NCBI RefSeq assembly: GCF_963921235.1
Contig: NC_086097.1
Coordinates: forward strand, 119,724,001-119,788,000
From: Mobula hypostoma
Taxonomy: Eukaryota
Direction of reading: 5' to 3'
Length of the DNA: 64,000 nucleotides
Shown: positions 39,961 through 52,788 of the stretch, one piece after another
How positions within the stretch are numbered: position 1 is the first letter of the stretch
How the letters are laid out: every line of letters begins with the position of its first letter
Translations under genes and position numbers: made by a program
Notes under the pieces: generated by a model
What the model was told of the DNA's origin: nothing
What the model saw: the letters and a program-made list of their open reading frames with translations, nothing else
Databases searched by the model: none

Positions 39961-41924
39961 ATAAATTTAATGTCAGAAAGATAGTCAATGACAAGGGAAA
40001 AAAAAAATTATCTTATTCATTAGTTATGAGCAAGGAAAACATGCTTCACATCCCACAATGACAAGAAAACTTGGTGCAACATTTCCCCTGACAATGTTTA
40101 ATGCTTGTTTTGAACCTTCTGATTGGCAAACCAAAGCCCAATGAAAAGGAACAGAAGTAAAAGGTTAAAAAAGGGGTTACAGTTTTATTGAACCATAAGA
40201 ATTCATTGCAAAATTAAAGAGCATTCAATACATTGATTAGACCACTTCTGTTGCAAGCTGTACAATCTGAACTGAGATTTGGCTTCAGGACCTTGTAAAA
40301 CTGACCAGTTTATGTAAATGATTGATTGAACAGCATTGACCTAACACTAAGGCGATTGCACTGATATCCTGGATCTTATGCTATTGTAGTAACGATAGTT
40401 TGCATTTTGCAGATGACATTACTATGTGTGTACATGGAGTCTCATAATTCAACTTATTTGAAAATGTCCATTTTTAATGTTCTGTCAATAATTATGATTC
40501 TTTATTGAATTTGCTACCTTCTTTCTATAATTGCTTCAGAAAAACTTTTTTCAGTGGCATTCCAACTGTAGAGAACAGAGTACATTACAGGAGGTCACAG
40601 GACAATAATTAAGTGTAGAAAGCAGTCCCAGGCAACAAGTCATTGAAAATGTGACTTTGTGATTCCATTATTATATATGCAGATACAATACTCTTATTCA
40701 AATTATTAGTCAGATGGCAAGCAGTCCATTGTTTCAATAGCAAGCTGGATTGCCACAATGAAGATATCAGTGCTTACATCAATTATATAACTACACAGTT
40801 CCACTAAACTGAAATCAGATCAATGCAACATGGCACATTTCTCTGCTTTACCAACTATTTGAAAACTAGATGGCAGAAAGAAGCACAACTTGGAGAGGCC
40901 AGAAGTTAAGTCATAGAAATATCAGTCATAGACTTTCCCCATGAAAAGCCAAGAAGATTTCACTCAGGCTAATCGCCAAATTCAACAGAGCCTTAGCATC
41001 TAATCCTTATTTATGAAATGTGAGCCTAGATCAAACACCGGTGAGTTATTGGATAGAAGTATTAGCACTTAAGCCATGTTATTGTGAAGTAATCTTTTCA
41101 TTTAGTTCTGTCAAGTGACAGCTGAGATATCCACAAGAGCCTGTAACAGTGCTACCTGCCCAAATAAAAGTTCATAATGATAATATAGTCTCCTATATAT
41201 TTCAAACAAAGATACACACAGGGTCAATCAAAAGAAGTCACCAAAATCTCCTTTTTACCCATTTTATCTTTACTCTGTGGGAAATACAAAGTGGTGAGTG
41301 TGTGGATCTCACTGCTGCGGTGGTCGCAGAGGCCAGTACATTAGGGGCATTTAACAAATTCAAGTAGACACATAAATGATAGGAAAATGGAGGGCTATGT
41401 AGGAGGGAAGGGTTAGATTTATCTTGGAATAGATTAAAAGGTCAATACAAGAGTGTGGGTCGAAAATACTGTACTGTGTCATGTGTTCCATGTTCCATGT
41501 TCTAAAATAGTCTTGTTGTTTTGTTTCCGGGAAATATTTCTCAGGGAAATCTATTGCACGTTCAGAGAAGATCTGGATTATCTGTCACTTCTCGCCATTA
41601 TTTGGCATTTTTACCTTTCCCAAATCAACCACTTTAATGATTCCTTTTCCAACACAAAGCAGAGCTTCATAATATGGCATCAGATCTGTCATTGTGGCTT
41701 GTTGCAACAGGGGAAGAACACATTATCAAATAACTGCAATGAATGGCTATTACATCCAGCAATGCAAAAAGCAATAAGATAAAGTTTGCTGTATTTGTCA
41801 TATGCACATTAAAACATCAGGACGTAAAGTGAATGTGCGTCCTTTGGCGTCAATGGTTAACAAGGTCCGAGGATTGAACTGGGGCAACTCGCAAGTATCT
41901 TTACGTCTTCAGCACTATGATAGC

Positions 41925-42125
41925 ATGCCTGAAACTCACTAACCCTAAGCCATACACCTTTGGAATGTGGGAGGATACCCGACCACTCGGAGGAAAGCCA
42001 GGTGGTCACCGGAAGAATGTAAAGACTCCTTACAAACAGCTACGGGAATTGTGGGAATTGTACCCTGATCGGAGGTCATTTGCACTGTAAAATGTTTGTG
42101 CTAACCACTACGGTACTGTGCTTCC
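41925..42125 (-). mobile_element. tRNA-derived SINE
   Basis: Minus strand gcacagtaccgtagtggttagcacaaac head; SINE body tttggaatgtgggaggatacccgacc. Confidence 0.55.
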
Positions 42126-44136
42126 CTGTATAATACAACATGAAGGCAGCAAATAAGGTATTTCTTTAAATCTGTATTGCTTTTAATTTTCAAGCATTAC
42201 AACCGGAATTAATACTTTGAGAGTTGTGGAGAATTTCTCAATAGAGCAGTAAAACATAATGTTGGTACAGCTCCTTCTGCTTCGCCACCTTCAAACTAGC
42301 TGCTGATAATCATTATCACACTCTGACATCAGTGTCTAATCAAAACCTGAGCTGTATTTGCAACAGAAACACTGGATCCCATACTAGATTGTCTAAATAT
42401 ACCAGATAAATTATAGTCATCACTATTATAAACAAATCCAAAGCAACATGCACAAAATGATGGAGGTTCTTAGAAGGTCAGGCAGCATCTGTAGAAAGGA
42501 ATAAAAGAGTCGACATTTTGGGCTGAGGCCCTTCTATTTCAGTGCACAAAGAAAAAGCAAAAATAACTATTGTCTCATTCACAAAAAAAACTTAATTGGC
42601 TCCTGTACACAGTCAAAAAATTGAAAAGTTTCAGCTGAACTCTATTTCAAATGTAAGATAAAACAAGATCAGAGAAAATTATAGTTACTCTCAGCTAATA
42701 TATTACTAATGGCTAAGCAATGGTATTACCTATTTGGCTATTTATTGGCCTCAGATGTATCCTCTCAACTTATTATAAAGAGTAGGTCAAAATTAATTGG
42801 GTAGTAACAAGCTTCTAAATTATTTTCAGTTTTTTTCTAAACTTTCAGTCCAATTATCCGATTGCTTTTTAAATCTACAAACAGTATTCAGTGTGACAAA
42901 AGACCAAGTTATCAGAAGATTAATGCCGATAAGAGAGACAATGGGGAAACATTCAAAATGCTAATATGAGAGACGAAAGAGATTAACAAAAAGAGACACA
43001 GTTCCGAGTATTGTCAGACCGGTTGCTTTGAACCTGAACTGTTTGAAGTTTGATAGACAGGCGATACCCCAGTAGGGGGATGAAAGGAACAGGTTCGCTA
43101 AGGCAAGTGACACACCACACACCACGACACCATGAGATAACAAGACCCTGGAAGTGCGTTGTGCACCCCCCCCCCCACCACAAGTTGGTGGAAGTTTTGG
43201 CGGTCTGTCCGTGGGACCGACCATAGACACACAGGGTGGAAAGGTACGATCGGCGGGAACCTGGTGTGCGTGTTGTTACGAGAATACACATAAAATTAAG
43301 ATGTTTGCTGGCCTGGGCTAGCATCAGTGGCATCAGCAGTTGGTCTGCCACCTGCCCTCAGGGGAAGGAGAGATAAGGAACAATGGAGCAGCGTCTGGAG
43401 ATGTGTAATGAAGGGATGTGGGAGAGAGAGCTGTCTGGAGCGGCTCCCCCCTTTGAACCCTGAACTGTTTGAAGTGATGGACAGGCGATACCCCAGCAGG
43501 GGGATAAAAAGGGACAGGTTCGCTAAGACAGACACACACGCCACCCGAGGTAACGAGACCCTGGAAGCGGTACGCTTCTCACGAGTGGGTGAGAAGTACC
43601 AGACAACGACCAGGGTGGAAAGGTACGATCAGCGGGAACCCGGTGTGTGTCCGCCCTTGCCTGGGTGCCGGGTTCACTGCAGAGGATCGACCGCATCTGG
43701 AGGAGGGGTCACAGTCGGTGACCTCAGGTGACATCACCAAGGACCCGCCCAAATGCTGTTGGTGAGCCATCCCGCTGGTCTGTGAGTGAAGCCGTTCTGA
43801 ATGATCAGTTGTTCCTATTCTATCTCTCTCTTCCCCCACCTTGTCCATCGCCATGGCAACGATTACTGCGAACTGAACTACAAACTGGACTGAACTTTGA
43901 GTCATTTTGAAATTGGTCATTTACCCCTAGACAACGATAGAGCTTGATTGATGCTGTTATCTTAATTCTGTGCACATGTGTGGTTATCATTGTTGAATTG
44001 TTGCATTTATTATCCTTTCGATTAATGTGTTGCTTGTTTCTTTAATAAAACTTTCTTAGTTCTAGTACTCCAGACTCCAACTGAGTGATCCATTTCTGCT
44101 GGTTTGGCAACCCAGTTACGGGGTACGTAACATAAG

Positions 44137-44157
44137 TGGGGTTCTCGTCCGCGATTT
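44137..44157 (+). promoter_or_regulatory. Primer-binding site, tRNA-Pro-like
   Basis: tggggttctcgtccgcgattt, 4 nt after the LTR, versus canonical Pro PBS TGGGGGCTCGTCCGGGAT. Confidence 0.8.
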
Positions 44158-44231
44158 TGAACGCTAAATTTGGGACGGAGTAAATTGATTGGGTTAAAAT
44201 TCCCGAAAGAAAGAAAAGACAAACAGCAGAA

Positions 44232-47159
44232 ATGGAGGTTGAGGAATTTATAAAGGCGCCGACCTAGGAGGCATTAGAGGATGCCAGGAAATCGGAATTG
44301 ATAGCTGTGGCCAAACGGGTGAATTTTGCTAAGGTGAAGTCGACAATGAGGAGAGAGGAGATACACAGAGCTATTGTAGAGCACTATGTATCTAAAGGTG
44401 TGTTTCCCCAAGGTGAGCTGGGGGAGGTGTCTATTGAAAAACCTGCTGGAGACGCGGTACAGGTACAGCTTGAAAAACTGAGACTCGAGCACGAGTTCCG
44501 GGTACGGCAGTTAGAACACGAAGAGAAGCAGTTAGAAAGGCAAGAGAGAGAGTTAGAAAGGCAGGAGAAAGAGAGAGAGTTAGAAAGGCGGGAGAAAGAG
44601 AGAGAGTTAGAAAGGCGGGAGAGAGAGAAAGAGGTAGAAAGGCAAGAGAGAGAAAGACAGTTGGAGAGAGAAGAGAGAGAGAGGGACAGACAGTTGGAGA
44701 GAGAGGAGAAACAGAGGGAAAGGGAATTTGAGCTGGAGAAGTTAAAGATAAGGGCCGAGCAGGGGCTCGTGCCGAACCAAGGTGGAGGGTTCCGGGCGAC
44801 CCAGGAGGTTAGGCTGGTTCCCCCATTTGACGATACCGATGTGGATCGGTACTTCCTCCACTTCGAAAAGGTGGCTATAAGTCAGGAATGGCCGAGGGAT
44901 AAGTGGGTTGTTTTACTTCAGAGTGTACTGAAAGGGAAAGCCCAACAAGCTTACTCCGCTTTATCCGCCGAAGATGCCCAGAAGTATGAGGTGGTGAAGG
45001 AGGCCATCCTCAGGATTTATGAGTTGGTCCCGGAGGCATACCGGCAGAGGTTCCGGAATGCGAGGAAGCGGTGGGACCGCACGTATTTGGAGTTTGCTCG
45101 TGAGATGCAAACATATTGTGAGCGTTGGTGCGCCTCGAAGGGGGTAGAGGGGGATTATGACAGACTGCTGCAACTGATTCTGATTGAGCAGTTTAAAGGT
45201 TGTGTCCCTGAGGGTATGAGACCCTACCTCGATGAGAAAGAGGCAGCCACGTTAGCCGCAACTGCTAAGTTAGCGGATGAGTATGCGTTGACGCATAAAA
45301 TGAAGGTTGCCCCGAGTAAAGGCTACCAGAAGGGTAGTCAGGACGGCGGGGAGAGTCCGCCGGAAAAGTCAGAAAGTAAGCCGGGGACTAGTGAAAAGGA
45401 TAAGGTAGACCGGGAGCAGTCTGGTAGGAAGTCTCCTGGGGTCGTCTGTTATAATTGTGGGAAAGTCGGACACTTTACGTCCAGGTGCTTTGCCCCAAGG
45501 AAGGAGACGGGGAAAGGAAAAGCGGAAATTTTGAATGGCTGTATTGAGCTGTTAAGCGAACCGCTAGGGAAGGACAGGTCTGAAAAAGTCCAGGAAGGGC
45601 GCGAGAGGTTTATCTCGGCCGGACTGGTGTCAGTGAAGGAGAGGTTAAAACCAGTTCCAGTGCGGATCTGGAGAGACACGGGAGCGTGTCAGTCACTAAT
45701 ACTGAAGAGTGTATTAGAGTTTAGCTCAGAGACCCAGACTGGGGAGGTAGAGGTCAAAGGTGTTGGGGAAGGGACAGAGTCGGTCCCTTTGCACCAGATA
45801 CATTTACAGAGCAACCTGGTCTCTGGACTAGTCACGATCGGGGTGAGGTCCGAATTACCGATGAAAGACGTGGAAGTCTTGCTCGGTAATGACATCGCCG
45901 GAGGAATCGTGTTCCCAGTCGTGAGATTGACGGGTCAGCCTGCCAGCATGGAGGCCCCGCCCGCGATGGTGAATTTGGCTGAAACATTTCTGCCAACCTT
46001 GTATGAGACAGGGTGTAGTGAGATAAGTGGTAGTGAGGGAGCTGGGACGGACGTAGCAGTAGCCGGGAAAGAATTTGTGCAGACGCAGGAGCGAGACGAG
46101 GGGCTGATGGGTTTTGCAGAGACAGCTCTCTCTGACACAGCCTTGACAAGGGAACTAGTAGGCTATTGTGCGGATGAGGAAGTGCTAAGGAAGAAAGGGA
46201 AATCAAGTACAGTATCCGCAGATGAGGAGTGGGGGGTGGTGCAAAAGAGTTATGGGGATGAGGTTTTTAACATGGCCCACGAGGTACCCCCCGGTGGACA
46301 TTTTGCGGTGCTGGAGGAAACAGTTGGTGGAATCATGAAAGAGATTTACCGGCTGCCCAGGGGGAAGAATGTTATTGATCATGACCGACGCGAACTGAGA
46401 CGGTCACCGGCTTTTGATATGCTAACAAACCTGGTCGGTGTTAGCGTGGAAATCAATGAAGCTAGGGGCCCCCTGCTAAGAGAAAAAAACCATTTTGAAA
46501 AGATTAGGATGGGATCGGTCAGATGGGAGAAGGCTATTGTGTTGGCCAGATCTACTGATAAGGTCTCTCCCTTAATCCCCGAAGGAGTAATTAAACGACT
46601 CGCACCCATGTGTTTGATTGTCCCGAGGAAATGCAAAGAACTGGGACGTTGGGTGATTGTGGTTACAATAGGGCAGCCAAGTAAACAACACCCATATTTT
46701 TTGAGTAATTCAGTGACTAAAGGGCTGATGAACACAGAGGTGTGTATTGGCAATTTAACACGGCTGTCTGAAGCCAGCGTGATAGTGAGCCTTGGAAAAA
46801 ATGAATTCGGCCACACGAAGGTCACTTACCTGGGAATTGTGGTGACACAGGGGCAGCTGGCAGTGATGCAAGCTACAGTGCAGGCTATCGCTGACCTCCC
46901 AACCCCGACAGACAAGAGGGCCCTCAGAAGGCTCTTGGAGATGGTGGGGTACTGCAGGAAGTTTTGCAATAACTCTGCGGTCAATACCCGTCCCCCTCCT
47001 ACTAAGCCCTTGCGAGAGAAAATTGAGTCGGAATGGGACGACCCTTGTTGTTGTGGTCCGGGACAAAACCAAATGAGAGGTTACATTGGTCGCAATTCAT
47101 CAGTGTTTTTGGCCACTATGAAGTTTGCTAAGTTGGAGCCTGGTCTAAGGGATTATTAA
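44232..47159 (+). CDS. Gag (coiled coil, SCAN-like capsid, CCHC knuckle) - protease - vestigial INT/RT/RH polyprotein
   Basis: 953 open codons from 44298; upstream ATG 44232 is followed by TAG at 44265 (TTG in the outer copy); motifs YELVPEAYRQRFR, LILIEQF, CYNCGKVGHFTSRC, WRDTGA, LLGND, AHE..GGHF, QPSKQHPY, VTYLG, MVGYCRKF. Confidence 0.85.
44515..44735 (+). repeat. Coding tandem repeat (LERQ/REKERE)n, E/R-rich coiled coil
   Basis: Repeated gagttagaaaggc..gagagagaga units; shorter array at 49060-49200. Confidence 0.85.
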
Positions 47160-48352
47160 TAACACGTGTAAAAGGAACAGAAAATGTGATGACTGTCTGT
47201 CAAGGTGTTGACAGCTTCAAATTCTCTGTATTAGCCAAATAGCTGTTAAAGATGTATATTGTGTATGTATCAGATAATGTAGTCATGTTTGTAATTTTTA
47301 CCTCCCGGTAAAAATCCTTAAAGGGGGGAAGTGTTACGAGAATACACATAAAATTAAGATGTTTGCTGGCCTGGGCTAGCATCAGTGGCATCAGCAGTTG
47401 GTCTGCCACCTGCCCTCAGGGGAAGGAGAGATAAGGAACAATGGAGCAGCGTCTGGAGATGTGTAATGAAGGGATGTGGGAGAGAGAGCTGTCTGGAGCG
47501 GCTCCCCCCTTTGAACCCTGAACTGTTTGAAGTGATGGACAGGCGATACCCCAGCAGGGGGATAAAAAGGGACAGGTTCGCTAAGACAGACACACACGCC
47601 ACCCGAGGTAACGAGACCCTGGAAGCGGTACGCTTCTCACGAGTGGGTGAGAAGTACCAGACAACGACCAGGGTGGAAAGGTACGATCAGCGGGAACCCG
47701 GTGTGTGTCCGCCCTTGCCTGGGTGCCGGGTTCACTGCAGAGGATCGACCGCATCTGGAGGAGGGGTCACAGTCGGTGACCTCAGGTGACACCACCAAGG
47801 ACCCGCCCAAATGCTGTTGGTGAGCCATCTCGCTGGTCTGTGAGTGAAGCCGTTCTGAATGATCAGTTGTTCCTATTCTGTCTCTCTTCCCCCACCTTGT
47901 CCATCGCCATGGCAACGATTACTGCGAACTGAACTACAAACTGGACTGAACTTTGAGTCATTTTGAAATTGGTCATTTACCCCTAGACAACGATAGAGCT
48001 TGATTGATGCTGTTATCTTAATTCTGTGCACATGTGTGGTTATCATTGTTGAATTGTTGCATTTATTATCCTTTCGATTACTGTGTTGCTTGTTTCTTTA
48101 ATAAAACTTTCTTAGTTCTAGTACTCCAGACTCCAACTGAGTGATCCATTTCTGCTGGTTTGGCAACCCAGTTACGGGGTACGTAACAGTGTCTGCCCTT
48201 GCCTGGGTGCCGGCTTCACCGCAGAAGAACGATCGTATCCGGAATGGAGGGGTCATAGTCGGTGACCTCAGAAGACATTACAAAGGGCTCGCCCGAAAGC
48301 TAACTGCGAGGAATATCAAAGTTCTGTTTGAATCCGATTTGAATATCATCAT

Positions 48353-48392
<40 letters not shown>

Positions 48393-48776
48393 CAACGGCA
48401 CAACACCGATTACTGCGAACTAAACTGAACTGAACTCTGTGTCACTTGAGACTGATCATTTTACCCCTAGACTACGATAGAGCTTGATTGATCCTATTAT
48501 CCTGGTTCTGTGTACATGTGTGTTTTATCATTGCTAACCTGCTGCATTTATATCCTTATGATTGGAGTACTGTGTTACTTATTTCTTTAATAAAACTTTC
48601 TTAGTTCCAGTAATCCAGACTCCAACTAAGTGGTCCATTTCTGCTGGTTTGGCAACCCAGTTACAGGGTACGTAACATAAGTGGAGTTCTCGTCCGGGAT
48701 TTTGAATGCTAAATTTGGGACGGGGTAAATTGATTAGGTTAAAATTCCCAAAAGAAAGGAAAGGCAAACAGCAGAA

Positions 48777-51700
48777 ATGGAGATTGAGGAATTTCTAAAG
48801 GCGCCGACCTTGGAGGCATTAGAGGATGCCAGGAAAGCAGAATTGGCAGCTGTGGCCAAACGGTTGAATCTTTTTAAGGGGAAGTTGACAATGAGGAGAG
48901 AGGCGATGCACAGAGCTATCATAGAGCATTATGTGTCTAAAGGTGTGTTTCCCCAAGGGGAGCTGGAGGTGATATCTATTGGAAAACCTGGTGGAGGCGC
49001 AGTACAGGTGCAGATTGAAAAATTGAGACTCGAGCATGAGTTATGGGTAAAGCAGCTAGAACACGAAGAGAAACAGTTAGAACGGCAAGAGAGAAGAGAA
49101 GCAGTTGGAGCGAGAAGAGAGAGGGAGGCAGTTGGAGCGAGAAGAGAGAGAGAGGCAGTTGGAGCGAGAAGAGAGGCAGTTGGAGAAACAGAGGGAAAGG
49201 GAATTTGAGCTGGAGAAGTTAAAGATAACGGCAGCGCAGGGGCCCATGCCGAACCAAGGTGGAGGGTTCAGGGCGACCCAGGAGGTTAGGCTGGTTCCCC
49301 CATTTGACGAGACCGATGTTGATCGGTACTTTCTCCATTTTGAAAAAAGTTGCTGCAAGTCAGGACTGGCCGAGGGATAAGTGGGCTGTTTTGCTTCAGA
49401 GTGTACTAAAAGGAAAAGCCCAACAAGCTTACTCGGCTTTGTCTGCAGAAGATGCCCAGAGGTATGAGGTGGTGTAAAGGGCCATACTCAGGATTTATGA
49501 GTTGGTCCTGGAGGCATACCGGGAGAGGTTCCGGAATGCGAGGAAGCAGTGGGGCCGCACGTATTTAGAGTTTGCCTGTGAGCTGCAGACATATTGTGAG
49601 CGTTGGTGCACCTCGAAAGGGGTCAATGGGGAATATGACAGACTGCTACAGCTAATCCTGATTGAGCAGTTTAAAGGTTGTGTCCCTGAAGGTATGAGAC
49701 CCTACCTAGATGAGAAAGAGGTAGACACTTTAGCCACAACTGCTAAGTTAGCGGATGAGTACGCGTTGACACATAAAACGCAGTTTACCCCGAGTAAAGG
49801 CTACCAGAAGGGTAGTCAGGACGGCGGAGAGAGTCCGCCAGAAAAGTCAGAAAGTAAGTCGGGGACTAGTGAGAAGGATAAGGTAGACCGGGAGCAGTTT
49901 GGTAGGAAGTCTCCTGGGATCGTATGCTATAATTGTGGGAAAACCGGACACTTTGCATCCAGGTGCCTTTCCCCAAAGAAGGAGATGGGGGAAGGAAAAA
50001 CGGTGGTTCCAACTGGCTGTATTGAGCTGGTAAACAAACCGCTGGGGGAGAAGAGGTCTGATAAAGTTCAGGAAGGGCGCGAGAGGTTTATCTCGGCCGG
50101 ATTGGTGTCGGTGAAGGAGGGGTTAAACCCAGTTCCAGTGTGGATCTGGAGAGACACTGGAGCTTGTCAGTCACTGATATTAAAGAGTGTGTTAGACTTT
50201 AGTTCAGAGACCCAGACTGGGGAGGTCAGGGTCATAAAAGGCATTGGGAAAGGGACTGAAGCAGTACCTTTGCACCAAATACACCTAAAAAGTGACTTGG
50301 TCTCTGGACCGGTCACGATCGGGGTGAGGCCTGAACTACCGATGAAAGACGTGAAGGTCTTACTCGGTAATGACCTCGCCGGCGGAGAGGTGTACCCAGC
50401 AGTAAGATTGACAAGCCAGCCTGCCGGCATTGAGGCCCTGCCTATGGACTCACAGGTTTATCCCGTTTGCGCAGTGACTCAGCGTATGTCCAGAAAGGCT
50501 GCCGAATCTAATATAGATTTAGCTGAGATGTTTTTACCAGCCTTGTATCAGAAGGGGTTAGAAAGTGAGGAGCAGCGTAGTGACACGGAAATTAAGGTAG
50601 ATTTATCATTAGCAAGGAAGGATTTTATGCAGGCACAGGAGTGAGATGAGGAGCTGATGGTTTTGGTGGAGACAGCTCTCTCTGAAGCAGAATTAAAAAG
50701 GGAGCCAGTGGGCTATTGTGTGGAGGAGGGAGTACTAAGGAAGAAATGGAGACCAAGTACCATGCCCGCAGATGAGGAATGGGGGGTGGTGCCAAAAATT
50801 TATGGGGATGAGATTCTTAACCTGGCCCACAAGATACCCCTCGGTGGACATTTTGGGGGGGATGAAAACAGTCGGCGGAATCATGAAAGAGTTTTACTGG
50901 CCACACAGGAGGAAGGATGTTATTGACTATTGTAGATGTGAGCTAACACAGTTACAGGCTTTTGATATGCTAACAGCTTGCCACGATAGGCGAACAGACC
51001 TAGTTGGTGATATCATGAAAATTAGTGAGGCTAGTGTGTCACCTGATAAGGGGAAAACCCATTTTGAAAAGATAAGTATGGTGCCAACCAGATGGGAGAA
51101 GTCTATTGTTTTGGCCAGCTTTGCTGATAAGGTCTCTCCCTTAATCCCCGAACAAAGCGACCCGCTAAGAGAGCCAATTAAACGGCACGCACACGTATGT
51201 CCGGATGTCCCGAGGCGATGCAAAGAGCCGGGACATGGTGTTGTCGTCACATCAGGTCAGCCTAGTGAGCAACACCCCTATAGGATGATTAATTCAGTGA
51301 CAAAAAGGCTAAAGAACGCAGAAGCGTATATTGGCGATGTAGTGGTCTGGAGTGACACGTGGGAGGAGCACAGTGTGGCACTGGTTAAACGGCTGTTTGA
51401 AGCCAGCCTGACAGTGAACCTCGCAAAAAGTGAATTCGGCCACGCGAAGGTCACTTATATGGGATTTGTGGTAGGACAGGGGCAGCTGGCTCCGATGCAA
51501 GCTAAGGTGCAGGTTATCTCTGAAGTCCCCACCCCGACAGACAAGAGAGCCCTGAAAAGGTTCTTGGAGATGGTGGGGTACTATCGGAAGTTTTGCAAAA
51601 AAAAACTTTGTGGATATTATCCACCCTCTTACTAAGCCCTTGCCAAAGAATGCTAAGTTGGTGTGGGACGACCCTTGTTATCTGTGTCCGGGACGAAAAC

Positions 51701-51850
51701 CACTGAGAAGTTACACTGATCACAACTCATTAGTGTTTTTGGTCACCATGAAGTTTGCTAAATTGGAGCCTGGTTTTAGAGGATTATTAAAATAACACAT
51801 TTAAAAGGAACAGAAAATGTGATTGCTGACTGTCTGTCAAGGTGTTGCCA
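48777..51850 (+). pseudogene. Frameshifted gag-PR-vestigial pol of the outer element
   Basis: Colinear with the inner ORF; retains FYWPHRRKDVIDYCR, AYIGDVVVWSDTWEEH, YTDHNSL, HLKGTENVIADCLSR. Confidence 0.88.
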
Positions 51851-52788
51851 ACTTAAAGTTCTTTGTATTAGCCAAATAGCTGATGAACATGTATATTTGT
51901 ATGTATCTAATAGTGTACTCATGCCTATAATCTTTACCCAGGTAAAAATCCTTTGAAGGGTAGGGGTGTGACAAAAGACCAAGTTATCAGAAGATTGATG
52001 CCGATAAGAGAGACATTCAAAATGCTAATATGAGAGACGAGAGAGACTAACGAAAGGAGACACAGTTCCGAGTATTGTCAGACCGGTTGCTTTGAACCTG
52101 AACTGTTTGAAGTTTGATGGACAGGCAATACCTAGCAGGGGGATAAAAGGAACAGGTTCGCTAAGGCAAGCGACACACCACACACCACGACACCACGAGA
52201 TAATGAGACCCTGGAAGTGTGTTGTGCACCCCCCCCCCCCAAGTTGGTGGGAGTTTTGAGGTCTGGTTGCGGGAGCGACCATAGACGCACAGGGTGGAAA
52301 GGTACGATCGGCGGGAACCTGGTGTGTGTGTCCGCCCTTGCCTGGGTGCCGGGTTCACTGCAGAAGAACGATCGTATCCGGAATGGAGGGATCACAGTCG
52401 GTGACCTCAGAAGACATTACAAAGGGCTCGCCCGAAAGCTAACTGCGAGGAATATCAAAGTTCTGTTTGAATCCGATTTGAATATCATCATTCGCTCTCT
52501 CTCTCTCTCCCCCCAACGGCACAACAGCGATTACTGCGAACTGAACTCTGCGTCACTTGAGACTGATCATTTTACCCCTAGACTGCGATAGAGCTTGATT
52601 GATCCTATTATCCTAGTTCTGTGTACGTGTGTGTTTTATCATTGCTTACCTGCTGCATTTATATCCTTATGATTAGAGTACTGTGTTACTTATTTCTTTA
52701 ATAAAACTTCCTTAGTTCCAGTAATCCAGACTCCAGCTAAGTGGTCCATTTCTGCTGGTTTGGCAACCCAGTTACGGGGTACGTAACA

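Larger units (their letters stand above)
43274..48188 (+). mobile_element. Inner Gmr1-like Gypsy LTR element, non-autonomous, very young
   Basis: LTRs 43274-44132 and 47332-48188 (about 4 substitutions plus a 2-bp indel); ends TGTTACG...CGTAACA; 4-bp TSD gtgt (43270-43273, 48189-48192); PPT aaaggggggaag. Confidence 0.96.
42892..52788 (+). mobile_element. Outer Gmr1-like Gypsy LTR element, non-autonomous
   Basis: 5' LTR 42892-43273 + 48193-48677 (split by the inner element); 3' LTR 51967-52788; ends TGTGACA...CGTAACA; tRNA-Pro-like PBS 48682-48702; PPT gaagggtagggg; no matching TSD. Confidence 0.9.

Noticed and set aside
43327..43731. 134-aa ORF duplicated identically at 47385-47789
   Set aside because: Lies within the two young LTRs, so identity reflects recent insertion; no domain recognised.
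44515..44735. CRISPR-like repeat array
   Set aside because: No unique spacers; a coding low-complexity repeat in a eukaryotic retrotransposon.
44298..45500. Host SCAN/zinc-finger gene or domesticated gag
   Set aside because: Flanked by near-identical LTRs, PBS, PPT and TSD, so it is a recent transposon insertion.
46700..47330. env gene or endogenous retrovirus (tRNA-Pro PBS, long LTRs)
   Set aside because: No env-like ORF before the PPT; pol remnants are Gypsy-type with integrase before RT.
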